Below are positions 36,508 through 46,158 of a stretch of 64,000 nucleotides of DNA, one piece after another. The DNA lies in the NCBI GenBank assembly GCA_017511685.1, contig JAFWJE010000008.1:9638-73637 (forward strand), written 5' to 3'. Positions within the stretch are counted from its first letter, which is position 1, and each line of letters begins with the position of its first letter. Source of the stretch: Candidatus Saccharimonadota bacterium (GTDB lineage: Bacteria; Patescibacteriota; Saccharimonadia; Saccharimonadales; Saccharimonadaceae). The notes beneath the pieces were generated by a model. The model made no database searches, was not told where the DNA came from, and worked only from the letters and a program-made list of their open reading frames with translations. The translations under genes were made by a program, and so were the position numbers.

Positions 36508-38988
36508 TTATTCTTTTGCTACTCCTAAAGTTAGTTTGTCTTTTTTAAGATCGACGCTCATAATATCTCCTTTTTTGAATTTGCCTTCAATGATGGCGTC
36601 AGAAATCAAAGTTTCAACATGATCCTCAATGGCGCGGCGGAGTGGGCGGGCGCCATTTTTAGGATCGTAGCCGATGTTAATCAGCCAAGTTTTGGCGCGG
36701 TCGGAAACTTTGAGGCCGAGATGCTGCGCAGCGAGACGTTTTCTCAAATCCTCAATCATATTGTCAAAAATACCTTCTACTTGTTTTTTAGTGAGTGCGT
36801 GGAACACTAAGACAGCATCGAGGCGGTTGATGAGCTCGGGGCGCATCGCTTTTTTCAACGCACGCTCAGCGGCTTCTTTTTGGATGGCATATTCAGCATC
36901 GCGCGATTTTTTAGTATCTTTAGCGGCGCCAGCGGAAAAGCCAAAATTGTCGTCTTGATACATAGCCTCCGAGCCAAGGTTGGAAGTCAAAATTACGACA
37001 GTATTATTGAACTTGACTTTATTACCCTGACCGTCGGTCAAGACGCCATCTTCTAGAATTTGAAGAAGCAGATTAAAGACATCTGGATGGGCTTTCTCAA
37101 TTTCGTCAAACAATACAACGGAATATGGGTGCCGACGAACAGCCTCGGTGAGTTTACCGCCATCGTCATAGCCGACATAACCGGCCGGCGCACCGACGAG
37201 GCGTGAGACATTGTGTTTTTCACCAAATTCGGACATATCAATTTTAATCAGCGCGTTCTCGCCGCCAAAAACTTCACGCGCAATTACGCGAGCGAGTTCG
37301 GTCTTGCCGACGCCAGTCGGGCCCATAAAGATGAACGAACCGATCGGGCGACTGCCATTAGTGATACCGGAGCGTCCGCGACGAATAGCCTTAGCCACAG
37401 CATGGACAGCCTCGTCTTGACCGATGATAGCCTTGTCGATATGGTCCTCTAATTTTAGTAACAATTCCCTTTCGGAGCCATGAACTTTAGAGACCGGGAT
37501 GCCAGTTTTGAGCGATACGGCGCGCGCCAAATGTTCCTCGGTGAGAGTTGGTGTAGTGGTCTTACCGGCGCCAGCTTTCTCTAATTTCTTTAGCTCCTCA
37601 GCAAGTTTGGCGACGCGCATTTTATACATGGCGGCTTTTTCAAAATCATTGTTTTCGGCCGCATCTTCAGCTTTTTCTTCTAATTCTTTTTGCTCAACTT
37701 TGAGTTTCTTGTAGCGACCACCGCCTTTTTTGTCTTCAGCAACTTTAGCAATAGCAGCAGCTTCGTCAATAACATCAATGACCTTATCAGGCATAAAACG
37801 ATCATTGATGTAACGACTAGACATACTGATGGCAGTTTCTAAAATCTTGTCCGGAATCACCACGCCATGATGCTTCTCGTAGTGTTTTTTGATACCTTTT
37901 AGGATGCGTAGAGTAATAGTAGCGGTCGGCTCCTCAACAACGACGGTCTGGAAACGGCGCGAGAGAGCTTTGTCTTTTTCGATAGTTTTTCTGTATTCAT
38001 CCAACGTGGTGGCACCAATCAAATGAATGTTGCCGCGAGCAAGGGCAGGCTTCAAAATATTGGCCGCATCCATACCGCCACCATCACCAGAACCGGCACC
38101 ACAAAGCAAATGTAGTTCGTCAATAAATAGTAGAATGGATGGATCGGAAGTTGCCTCGTCAATGACGCCTTTAATACGCTCCTCAAATTCGCCGCGGAAC
38201 TTAGTGCCGGCAACCATAGACGACAAATCAACTTGGTAAAGGCGCTTGCCTACCAAATTGCCCGGAACATCATTTTTAGCAATACGCGACGCTAGACCCT
38301 CTACGATGGCGGTCTTGCCGACGCCAGCCTCGCCGATTAAAACCGGATTAGACTTGGTGCGGCGGCACAACACTGTCACTACGCGTTCAATTTCTTTATC
38401 GCGGCCGATAACAGCGTCTAGCTTTCCCTCTTTGGCTAATTCGGTGAGGTCTTGGCCGTAGCGATTTAGCCATTTCAATTTTGGTTTGGTGGAATATTTG
38501 GCTTTTTCTTTGCTGCGTTTATATTCTTCGGCTTGTTTTTCAACGAGTTTTTCAATCACTTTAGCTAAATCATCAAGATTTACGCCGAGACCATGCAGAA
38601 TAATGCCCGCCCTGGAATTTGGTTGAGTAACTAGGGCGTATAAAATGTGCTCTGTACCGATGACTTCCAGACCGTACTCATTAGCAAAATGCTGCGCCAT
38701 GCGCAAAGTCAAAACTGCAGCCTCGGATAGCGCCATCATGGACATCTGCGAAGTGGGAACTTCAACAGCGACTTGGTTCATTTGTTTTTCAACGTCGCTC
38801 ATTTCGACGCCTTCGTCTTTTAGTAAATGCGCGCCGGTGGAAGCGTCCATATCAAGAATACCTAGCAAGAGATGCTCTGTACCCATATAGCCATTATTAT
38901 AACGCTTGGCATGAGTATCGGCTTTCTGAATGACAAAACGGGCATTCTCTGATAGGTGATCCATTACATCGTTAAATTCATCTCTCAT
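36508..38988 (-). CDS. clpC: ClpC-family AAA+ chaperone
   Basis: Clp N-domain, [11 protein letters not shown]-like coil, GPTGVGKT; start at ATG 38988. Confidence 0.93.
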   Translation of the reverse strand: MRDEFNDVMDHLSENARFVIQKADTHAKRYNNGYMGTEHLLLGILDMDASTGAHLLKDEGVEMSDVEKQMNQVAVEVPTSQMSMMALSEAAVLTLRMAQHFANEYGLEVIGTEHILYALVTQPNSRAGIILHGLGVNLDDLAKVIEKLVEKQAEEYKRSKEKAKYSTKPKLKWLNRYGQDLTELAKEGKLDAVIGRDKEIERVVTVLCRRTKSNPVLIGEAGVGKTAIVEGLASRIAKNDVPGNLVGKRLYQVDLSSMVAGTKFRGEFEERIKGVIDEATSDPSILLFIDELHLLCGAGSGDGGGMDAANILKPALARGNIHLIGATTLDEYRKTIEKDKALSRRFQTVVVEEPTATITLRILKGIKKHYEKHHGVVIPDKILETAISMSSRYINDRFMPDKVIDVIDEAAAIAKVAEDKKGGGRYKKLKVEQKELEEKAEDAAENNDFEKAAMYKMRVAKLAEELKKLEKAGAGKTTTPTLTEEHLARAVSLKTGIPVSKVHGSERELLLKLEDHIDKAIIGQDEAVHAVAKAIRRGRSGITNGSRPIGSFIFMGPTGVGKTELARVIAREVFGGENALIKIDMSEFGEKHNVSRLVGAPAGYVGYDDGGKLTEAVRRHPYSVVLFDEIEKAHPDVFNLLLQILEDGVLTDGQGNKVKFNNTVVILTSNLGSEAMYQDDNFGFSAGAAKDTKKSRDAEYAIQKEAAERALKKAMRPELINRLDAVLVFHALTKKQVEGIFDNMIEDLRKRLAAQHLGLKVSDRAKTWLINIGYDPKNGARPLRRAIEDHVETLISDAIIEGKFKKGDIMSVDLKKDKLTLGVAKE

Positions 38989-39005
38989 ACCCCTATAATA
39001 GCAAA

Positions 39006-39032
39006 CTAGCACTCGGCTGTCAAGAGTGCTAA
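39006..39032 (-). promoter_or_regulatory. CIRCE element (HrcA operator) overlapping the clpC promoter
   Basis: TTAGCACTC-N9-GAGTGCTAG; -35 TTGACA lies in the spacer, 17 bp from TATTAT. Confidence 0.9.
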
Positions 39033-39047
39033 TGACAGGGGTAGGCG

Positions 39048-39983
39048 TTATAATTCTTGAATGGCAGTGGTAGCGGCGATAGCGCCATCAGAGACCGCAG
39101 TAGTAAGCTGATTTAATGATTTTTTGCGAGCATCACCGGCAACGTAGATTCTGTCGGCACTGGTACGGACGCCATCGGCTGTTTCTATGTAGCCGTCAGC
39201 GTCTAATTTAATGATATCTTTGAACGGTTCGTTTTGTGGAGCGCGGCCGATAGCCACAAATAGCGCATCCACATCGATAGTTCTTACTGTTTTACTAGTA
39301 GTGTCCTCGATGACGATTTTGGTCAAATGACTATCGCCAACTAGTTCAGCGATACGCGCAGATAAAACAAACTCTACATTTTGTTTATTCTCTAGCTGGG
39401 AGACTAGAGCCTTGTCACCGCGGAACTCATCACGACGATGAATGAGGTAAACTTTCTTGGCGATGTCAGCAAGATAGAGTGCGTCATACAAAGCGGTATT
39501 ACCACCGCCGACTACAGCGACGATTTTGTCTTGGTAAAAATTTCCGTCGCAAGTGGCACAGTAGGAAACGCCGTGACCAGCTAGGCGAGACTCGTTTTTA
39601 AGGCCGAGATGACGTGGCGCCGAACCGGTGGCTAAAATGACAGCCGGGGCGGAATAAGCCGTATCCATATCAGTAGTAACCAGCCAAGCAGTCAGGTTAC
39701 TGTGGTCTGCCGAGCCTGTGGTATGCTCGATACTGACGACTTGTTCTAATTTGATGAGTCTACCATAACTTTCAACTTGGCCTTTTAGATTGCGCGCAAA
39801 ATCGGTGCCGGAAATCTCCAAAATGGCCGGATAGTTTTTGATTTTTTCAGTAGTGATAATCTGGCCACCAACAGCCTTCCCTTCCAGGATTAAAACTTTT
39901 TTACCGGCGCGGAGAGCGTAAAGTGCCGCAGTCAAACCTGCTGGCCCAGCCCCCACAATAATAATATCAAAATCTTTTGTCAT
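39048..39983 (-). CDS. trxB: Thioredoxin reductase
   Basis: GAGPAG, CATCDG, GGGNTA, HRRD. Confidence 0.95.
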   Translation of the reverse strand: MTKDFDIIIVGAGPAGLTAALYALRAGKKVLILEGKAVGGQIITTEKIKNYPAILEISGTDFARNLKGQVESYGRLIKLEQVVSIEHTTGSADHSNLTAWLVTTDMDTAYSAPAVILATGSAPRHLGLKNESRLAGHGVSYCATCDGNFYQDKIVAVVGGGNTALYDALYLADIAKKVYLIHRRDEFRGDKALVSQLENKQNVEFVLSARIAELVGDSHLTKIVIEDTTSKTVRTIDVDALFVAIGRAPQNEPFKDIIKLDADGYIETADGVRTSADRIYVAGDARKKSLNQLTTAVSDGAIAATTAIQEL

Positions 39984-39992
39984 AATAATATA

Positions 39993-40067
39993 TGGTGCGG
40001 GTACGGGGAGTCGGACCCCGGTCTCATCCTTGGGAAGGATACATAATAGCCGTTATACCATACCCGC
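39993..40067 (-). tRNA. tRNA-Gly(CCC)
   Basis: GCGGGTA/TACCCGC, loop TT-CCC-AA, CCA; atypical T loop TCCGACT. Confidence 0.9.
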
Positions 40068-40106
40068 GCTATCTATATTATAACATACTGGGTAGGGGTT
40101 TTCGAA

Positions 40107-41171
40107 TTATTGATTTTTGGCTTGGTCGCCATTATTATTACTGTCGTCTGACAATTCGATATATTCCTCGATGCGATTTTCTTCGCGGACATTTTTCATA
40201 CGGTTTTCAAATTCGGTGAATGGAACAGTGATGGAGACATAGTTGACCTTAGAATCAGCCTTGTCTACTAACTTTACAATGTAATAACCATCACCGTTGT
40301 CGGACACTAAGACGTCAGAGATGGCGCCCGGTGTCAAATTATAAGCAAGGGTAGACCGGCCGCCGTCAATATTCATAACGTCGATTAGCTCACCAGTCTC
40401 CTCGTAGCCAAGGCCTAGTTCATCAGCAGTGGTTTTAAAATCGGCGCCACCTTTTACTTTAGCCAATGCCTCCTCAGCTTTTTTAGTGGCGTTATTGTCG
40501 ATTTTCCGTGAGACTTCGGTCTTAATCAGTGAAAGGTAAAGCATCCGGCGATACTCACTTTCTGATAAATTGAAATTGTCTTTTAAGATTTTGAGAAAAC
40601 CCTCTTTACTCCTTTCGGTGCCGCCGATTTTGCGGTGTTCATCAAAGGCTTTGTCAATCATTTCGTCGGTGACGGTGATATCCATTTGCTTGGCTAATTT
40701 AATGGCATAGGTATAATCCTCGGCATCAGTAAGCGCGGTGCGTTTGTAGTAATTCTCAAGCGCGCCGAGGTCGTTTTCAGCGGTAGAGAGCGCACCGTTT
40801 TGCTGCTTGACTGGCGTGATGCTACTCCTATAAATCATAAGATAATCGCTGTAGCGGACGTTCTCGCCATCAACTTTAGCGACTGGTACCGGCAAGATGG
40901 TGGTGATACGATATAGAATATCGCCGGTGCTCTGAGTTTTATAAAGCGAGAGCCAGCCGATTAACCCGGCTAAGACCAGCGCTACCAACGCGACGATAAT
41001 GGTGGCGATAACCAAACGGTGCTTTGCGAACTGCATCGGGTACTTAAACTTGCGACCTTGCGCTAAAATCTCCTCGCGACGCTCATCTAGCTTTTCTTTT
41101 TCGGTCTTATGTTCAGGTTCATTGCTTGCACCGGGCAACTTATCTTTGATTTTATCTTTTAGTTTACTCAC
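40107..41171 (-). CDS. SurA/PrsA-like foldase
   Basis: TM helix, VAKVDGE, helical SurA_N region, degenerate rotamase region (GYYIVK). Confidence 0.7.
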   Translation of the reverse strand: MSKLKDKIKDKLPGASNEPEHKTEKEKLDERREEILAQGRKFKYPMQFAKHRLVIATIIVALVALVLAGLIGWLSLYKTQSTGDILYRITTILPVPVAKVDGENVRYSDYLMIYRSSITPVKQQNGALSTAENDLGALENYYKRTALTDAEDYTYAIKLAKQMDITVTDEMIDKAFDEHRKIGGTERSKEGFLKILKDNFNLSESEYRRMLYLSLIKTEVSRKIDNNATKKAEEALAKVKGGADFKTTADELGLGYEETGELIDVMNIDGGRSTLAYNLTPGAISDVLVSDNGDGYYIVKLVDKADSKVNYVSITVPFTEFENRMKNVREENRIEEYIELSDDSNNNGDQAKNQ

Positions 41172-41652
41172 TTTCCGCCTCCATGGTTAGGTTTTGTAAT
41201 TTGTTATGAATCTTGTCGGGCTTTGGCACCTGTGAGATAATCAAATCGCCGACGTTAGTCTGGATGAGGAGTGTGCCGTAGCCAAAAATACCAGCAATGA
41301 CACCTGGGGTGCTGACGGAAATGCTCTGGATGCGATCTAGCGCAAGGTCAACGGTGGATTTTTTAAATAAACCCTTTTGATTGACTTGGCGGATACGCTC
41401 GTTGGTAACGATATAAATGGAAAAATACCATAATAAGTAGGCATAGAGCAGACCAAAAAGCCCGACTACTACGCAACCTAAGAAAACCCAAAACATTTCT
41501 GGAATGTCTGGCCAGAGGAGCATCGGGATGATACCGATAATAATCATGATGATTAAAAAACGTAAACCTTTTCTGGCGGTGGCGATGTGGCGACGAAAAA
41601 TAAACTGAACTTTTTCGCCATCGCGCTGGCCATCAAATGATAATTCGCTCAT
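41164..41652 (-). CDS. Bacterial PH-domain membrane protein
   Basis: Two TM helices, IVTNERI, IFGYGTLLIQT. Confidence 0.75.
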   Translation of the reverse strand: MSELSFDGQRDGEKVQFIFRRHIATARKGLRFLIIMIIIGIIPMLLWPDIPEMFWVFLGCVVVGLFGLLYAYLLWYFSIYIVTNERIRQVNQKGLFKKSTVDLALDRIQSISVSTPGVIAGIFGYGTLLIQTNVGDLIISQVPKPDKIHNKLQNLTMEAESE

Positions 41653-41679
41653 ACTTATATTATACTACAAAATTAGGTT

Positions 41680-41756
41680 TGGTAGCCCGGACGCGAGTCG
41701 AACGCACAACCTTCTCCTTAGGACGGAGCTGCTCTATCCAATTGAGCTACCGGGCC
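41680..41756 (-). tRNA. tRNA-Arg(CCT)
   Basis: GGCCCGG/CCGGGCT, D loop with GGA, anticodon CCT, TTCGA, CCA. Confidence 0.92.
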
Positions 41757-41780
41757 TTATCTGTAATTATACCATAAAAA

Positions 41781-41998
41781 TCAAAAAATAAATGGGTCCT
41801 GTCTAACAGGTTTTTGCTCACATCAGTTTTACTGAACGGTTTGCTCACGTCAAGTCAAAAATCAGTCTGTTAGTCGGCTCTCCGCCGCGGATGGGACGCG
41901 TACTCGAGCCGTACCAGACTGATTTTTGACTTGGTTCGCAAAATGTTCAGCAAAACCGACGTAGCGCAAAAACCTTACGCCACCCATTTATTTTTTGA
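41781..41998. repeat. Long imperfect palindromic element, copy 2
   Basis: Same orientation as copy 1; differences mostly in loops and the apical region. Confidence 0.9.
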
Positions 41999-41999
41999 G

Positions 42000-42536
42000 T
42001 TATCTGGTGTATTTTTCGTTGAGGTCGGAGTAGTCGTAGAGCTCGTCCTCGGAGAACCAGAGTTTTAATTCTTTCTTAGCTTCCTCTGGGTTGGCGGAAG
42101 CGTGGACGAGGTTAGGGACGCCCATTTTCTTAGCATCGGAGTAGCCGTAGCTCATGTGGGCGTAATCGCCGCGGATGGTACCCATATCAGCGGACTTTGG
42201 CTCGGTAGGGCCAACGATTTTGCGGACTAGCGGAATAGCCTCGATACCTTCTAGACACATGGCAATTACTGGGCCAGTCATCATGTACTGGACATTATAG
42301 CGGAAAATTTCCTCGCCGTGGCGGGTAATCATCTGGCCGACGTCCTCGTAATGCTTGTAATAAAGATCCTCACCTGGCATGACCATTTTCATACCGACGA
42401 TTTTAAGACCGACGCGCTCAAAGCGGTGGATAATCTCGCCGACAATACCACGCTGGACTGCGTCTGGTTTTAAGACGACCAGGCTGCGCTGAATTAAATC
42501 TTTAGTAGTTGGTTTTGCTGATTTCTTTTCTGCCAT
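42000..42536 (-). CDS. ndk: Nucleoside diphosphate kinase
   Basis: LKPDAVQRG, GTIRGDY, NLVHAS. Confidence 0.95.
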   Translation of the reverse strand: MAEKKSAKPTTKDLIQRSLVVLKPDAVQRGIVGEIIHRFERVGLKIVGMKMVMPGEDLYYKHYEDVGQMITRHGEEIFRYNVQYMMTGPVIAMCLEGIEAIPLVRKIVGPTEPKSADMGTIRGDYAHMSYGYSDAKKMGVPNLVHASANPEEAKKELKLWFSEDELYDYSDLNEKYTR

Positions 42537-42571
42537 AAAACTCCTTTTTTATATTATAACACAACCTGGCT

Positions 42572-42603
42572 AGAAAAAATCCCCCGTTTGGGAGATTTTT
42601 TCT
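42572..42603. terminator. Intrinsic terminator after the pilin gene
   Basis: AGAAAAAATCCCC-cgttt-GGGAGATTTTTTCT. Confidence 0.7.
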
Positions 42604-42671
42604 TGTGTTCTCGTTTTTGTTTTAAACGAGTTCCAGTTTTGCTACGTTCGGTCGCGCTGTCGCTATGAGGA

Positions 42672-43448
42672 TTAAACCTCGCCGCAGTAGTAGCCAGCAC
42701 CTTCTAGCTTATAGATAAAGGCGATTTTACGCGCAGAGGCATTGGCTGATTTTTCTACTACACCCTCCTTTGCGCCACAGATTGCGCCATGAACTACATG
42801 AATTAACGAATCTACCTCTGGAAGAGAGAAAGTCCACTGGCCTTCTACTGTAGTGTCAACAGCACCTCCACCAGCTGGGGAGCCTTCTCCTTCTCCTTCA
42901 TCTTCCTCAGCCATAGCTGAAGGTAGGAATATACTATTTAACGAAATAACCTCTTGCTCGTCAAGCATACTGTCGTTAAAGCTGGTAGTTTTGCCAGTGA
43001 TGGAGCCGTGGTCTTGGACAGCATATGGCAAGCCACCCGGGTCTACGAAATCATCATTAGCGGCCCACATATAATCGTCAAGAAACTTTGTCCAGTCAGC
43101 ACTAGGGGTGGCACCTGAAGCTGTAGCACCACCTGTGCCAACATAGGCTTTAGCTAATGCACCAGCAGCAGTATAACCAGCCTCCTCGTAAGCAGTCTTC
43201 TTACTCGGAGCGTAGATGCCAGTGCTCATTGCAACATTTGGTACCTTGCCACGGTTGTTTGTCTGATACTGAACGACTTGCGAGGCGAACCGCGCCATAT
43301 CGTTACGCCGCTGAGTATCCTTCTGTGAACGCTGAAGGGCCGGAAGAGCCAAGAACACCATTAAGAAAATAAGGCCAGCAATTGCGAGTACAAGTACGAC
43401 CTCGATAATCGTAAAGCCGGATTTTGATTTATGTAATTTATTGGGCAT
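42672..43448 (-). CDS. Type IV pilin
   Basis: G|FTIIEVVLVLAI N-methylation motif; C-terminal Cys pair. Confidence 0.92.
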   Translation of the reverse strand: MPNKLHKSKSGFTIIEVVLVLAIAGLIFLMVFLALPALQRSQKDTQRRNDMARFASQVVQYQTNNRGKVPNVAMSTGIYAPSKKTAYEEAGYTAAGALAKAYVGTGGATASGATPSADWTKFLDDYMWAANDDFVDPGGLPYAVQDHGSITGKTTSFNDSMLDEQEVISLNSIFLPSAMAEEDEGEGEGSPAGGGAVDTTVEGQWTFSLPEVDSLIHVVHGAICGAKEGVVEKSANASARKIAFIYKLEGAGYYCGEV

Positions 43449-43542
43449 AGAATCCTTTCTACTTAGCCTTTATAAAAACGCTTATTATAATAATAAACCA
43501 TAAGCATGCAAAAATCAATACTTTTTATGCTATAATTTTTAT

Positions 43543-44409
43543 ATGGATGTCATGATAAGAATAAGTATAACGGTTGCCTGTTTTATAATTGGTGCTATTC
43601 TTGGTAGTTTTGCATGTTGCCAAGCTTGGCGACTACATCTAAAAGAACAGGGCAAAAAATCCCCTGGCAAATGGTCAGTCTGCATGAGCTGTGGCCGGCG
43701 TTTAAAGGTTAATGAAAATATCCCAGTAATATCTTGGCTCGTTCAAAAAGGAAAATGCAAAAGTTGCGGCGCTAAAATCGGCTCTGCCGAACTGCTTTCT
43801 GAAATCGGATTAGGCTCTAGCCTGGCTTTTATCGGTTGGTTTTTATATCCGACTTTCATTGACGCGCTAGTCAATCTGACCGTTGCTAATTGCATCATCT
43901 ATCCACTCAGCGTCATCGCGTTTTTAACTGCCTTAGTCTTGCTCTGGACGCTTCTAGTTTATGATGCTAAATGGCAAAAGTTGCCGGTAAATCTACTTAC
44001 TGCCACCAATATCTTCGCGCTACTATTAGTATTTTTGAAAATTGCCTGGATGTTGTTTAATCACACTGCTGGAGCTGATTTAGTCCAATATCTTGTCGAC
44101 CTTGTAGTAGCGGTCACGATTTTGGCTGGGATTTATCTAGCGCTGTATCTTGTATCACGCGAACGGCTGGTAGGTTCTGGAGATTGGCTAATTGCTCTGC
44201 CGATTGCACTGATTCTTGGTAGCCCGTGGCTAGCCATCGTCACACTCTTTCTTTCTAACTTCTTTGCTAGCATCTACGGCCTAACGAAATGCGCTAAGGA
44301 CCGGAAAAAACCTCGACGCTTTCAGTTTGCTTTTGGGCCGTTTTTAGTGGTAGCGTTCATCATTACTTTTGCGCTAAGTGAAATACTTTCTCAGGTGGTT
44401 TCAGTATGA
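43543..44409 (+). CDS. pilD: Prepilin peptidase (A24)
   Basis: GSF, two CxxC, ENIPVISW, GSGD, FAFGPFL. Confidence 0.9.
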   Translation: MDVMIRISITVACFIIGAILGSFACCQAWRLHLKEQGKKSPGKWSVCMSCGRRLKVNENIPVISWLVQKGKCKSCGAKIGSAELLSEIGLGSSLAFIGWFLYPTFIDALVNLTVANCIIYPLSVIAFLTALVLLWTLLVYDAKWQKLPVNLLTATNIFALLLVFLKIAWMLFNHTAGADLVQYLVDLVVAVTILAGIYLALYLVSRERLVGSGDWLIALPIALILGSPWLAIVTLFLSNFFASIYGLTKCAKDRKKPRRFQFAFGPFLVVAFIITFALSEILSQVVSV

Positions 44410-45350
44410 AAGATGCTTACGTAATTGACCTCATTCAAGAGTTTTTGCAACACATTGAAATTGAAATGGGGCGCTCACTCAATACAGTGAGAAATTATGA
44501 ACTATACCTCACGCGATTCTATGAAATTTGCTCCGAGAATCTAGACCACGAAATGCGTCCGTCGGAAATTGATGAGGAAATGCTGAGAAAATATCGGCTA
44601 AAATTAAACCGCTACGAAACTGACGAGCATGGTTCACGCTTGACCGCCACTACGCAATCGTATTACTTGATTGCGCTTCGCGGATTTCTAAAATACCTAG
44701 CGCGGCGTGGCATTAAATCACTAGACCCATCGCTGGTAGATTTGCCTAAAACACATCGTCCACAAGTGACATTCCTCCATTACGACGAAATCCAGGCGAT
44801 GCTAGACGAGATAGATTTAGATACTGAAACCGGCTTGCGCGACCGCGCGATTATTGAGCTATTATTTTCTGGTGGCCTCCGAGTGTCCGAACTTTGTCAG
44901 TTAAATCGTTCCGATATCAACTTAGAGCGCAAAGAATTTGTAGTGCGTGGTAAGGGCAGTAAAGATCGCCCAATTTTTATTGACGACAGCGCGGCCGAGA
45001 GGATCCGTGACTATCTAGCGGTGCGCCATGATAGCTTGCCGGCGCTATTCTTGAACAATTCGCGCAACACCGGTGAGGCTGAAACAAACGGCGACTACCG
45101 CCGGCTAACGCCACGCAGCATTGAGCGCATCATTAGTAAATACACGCGCGCGGCGGGGATTACTAAGCACGTTACGCCACACACCCTGCGCCATTCATTC
45201 GCGACGGATTTATTAATGAACGGCGCCGACATCCGCTCGGTCCAAGCTATGCTTGGACATAGCAATATTTCCACAACGCAGATTTACACGCACGTTACCG
45301 ACCCGCACCTAAAAGATATTCACGAGAAATTTCACACTGAGACAAATTAG
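44406..45350 (+). CDS. Xer-type tyrosine recombinase
   Basis: RDRAIIELL, GLRVSEL, HTLRHSFAT, LGHSNISTTQIYTH. Confidence 0.93.
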   Translation: MKDAYVIDLIQEFLQHIEIEMGRSLNTVRNYELYLTRFYEICSENLDHEMRPSEIDEEMLRKYRLKLNRYETDEHGSRLTATTQSYYLIALRGFLKYLARRGIKSLDPSLVDLPKTHRPQVTFLHYDEIQAMLDEIDLDTETGLRDRAIIELLFSGGLRVSELCQLNRSDINLERKEFVVRGKGSKDRPIFIDDSAAERIRDYLAVRHDSLPALFLNNSRNTGEAETNGDYRRLTPRSIERIISKYTRAAGITKHVTPHTLRHSFATDLLMNGADIRSVQAMLGHSNISTTQIYTHVTDPHLKDIHEKFHTETN

Positions 45351-45353
45351 ATA

Positions 45354-46136
45354 TTACTTATCGCCAGGTTTTTCTAGGCGGTAATAAATGGAAGGGGCAA
45401 AGCGGATGGGAGCTAAAACTTTTTGAGCGCCCTTTTCCATACGAATGAGATTTTTGGTGCCAAAAACTTTTTTCAGGCCGGCGGAACGGAAATTGGAAAC
45501 AGACAAGACTTTGTCGATTTTAAATCCAGTTTTCCTGAATAAATCTTCCATGTATTTTGGATGATAATTATAAAACCCGTCTTTGTCTACGCTGGAAAGA
45601 TTGGCTACGGAGCGATCGAAAGGAGAGATGCTAGTCTTACCAGTCCAATAGCGGAACATCCGTGGTAAAGTCTTTTTATTGGCAACTTCTATTACAGCAA
45701 TGCCTCCTGGGCGCAAAATGCGGTAAAGCTCTTTTAAGACTTTGTCCATATCCTTAAAATGATGCGTAGCGCGAACCATCAAAAGCGTAGTAAACTCGCC
45801 ATCTTTAAACGGCAGGTCATAAATATCACCTTGTTTAGTATGAATTTTATCGCCGTAGAGTTCTTTGGCCTGAGCTAACTCGGTTTTAGAATAATCAAAG
45901 AGCGTAGCCTTATCGGAGCGACCAAGATATTCTTTGGCTAAGCGACCATAGCCACCGGCGATGTCTACGAAACTTTCCATGTGCTTTGGCAAAAGTCGGC
46001 GGATAGCGATGCGATCAGCAGCGTCCTCGTATTTCCTGTCGGCATCTTCCCAAAAGATTTTTTTGTAATCATAGCCGTTATAGTCGGAAATAACTTTTTT
46101 ATTGTCGGGTTTAGTAGAATTTTTCGCAGTAGTCAT
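45354..46136 (-). CDS. Class I SAM-dependent methyltransferase
   Basis: VDIAGGYGR, LPFKD, RILRPGG. Confidence 0.85.
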   Translation of the reverse strand: MTTAKNSTKPDNKKVISDYNGYDYKKIFWEDADRKYEDAADRIAIRRLLPKHMESFVDIAGGYGRLAKEYLGRSDKATLFDYSKTELAQAKELYGDKIHTKQGDIYDLPFKDGEFTTLLMVRATHHFKDMDKVLKELYRILRPGGIAVIEVANKKTLPRMFRYWTGKTSISPFDRSVANLSSVDKDGFYNYHPKYMEDLFRKTGFKIDKVLSVSNFRSAGLKKVFGTKNLIRMEKGAQKVLAPIRFAPSIYYRLEKPGDK

Positions 46137-46158
46137 AATGTTATATTATACTCTATTA

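Noticed and set aside
44406-45350. Phage or mobile-element integrase
   Set aside because: It resembles a housekeeping Xer recombinase, is coupled to pilD, and has no mobile context
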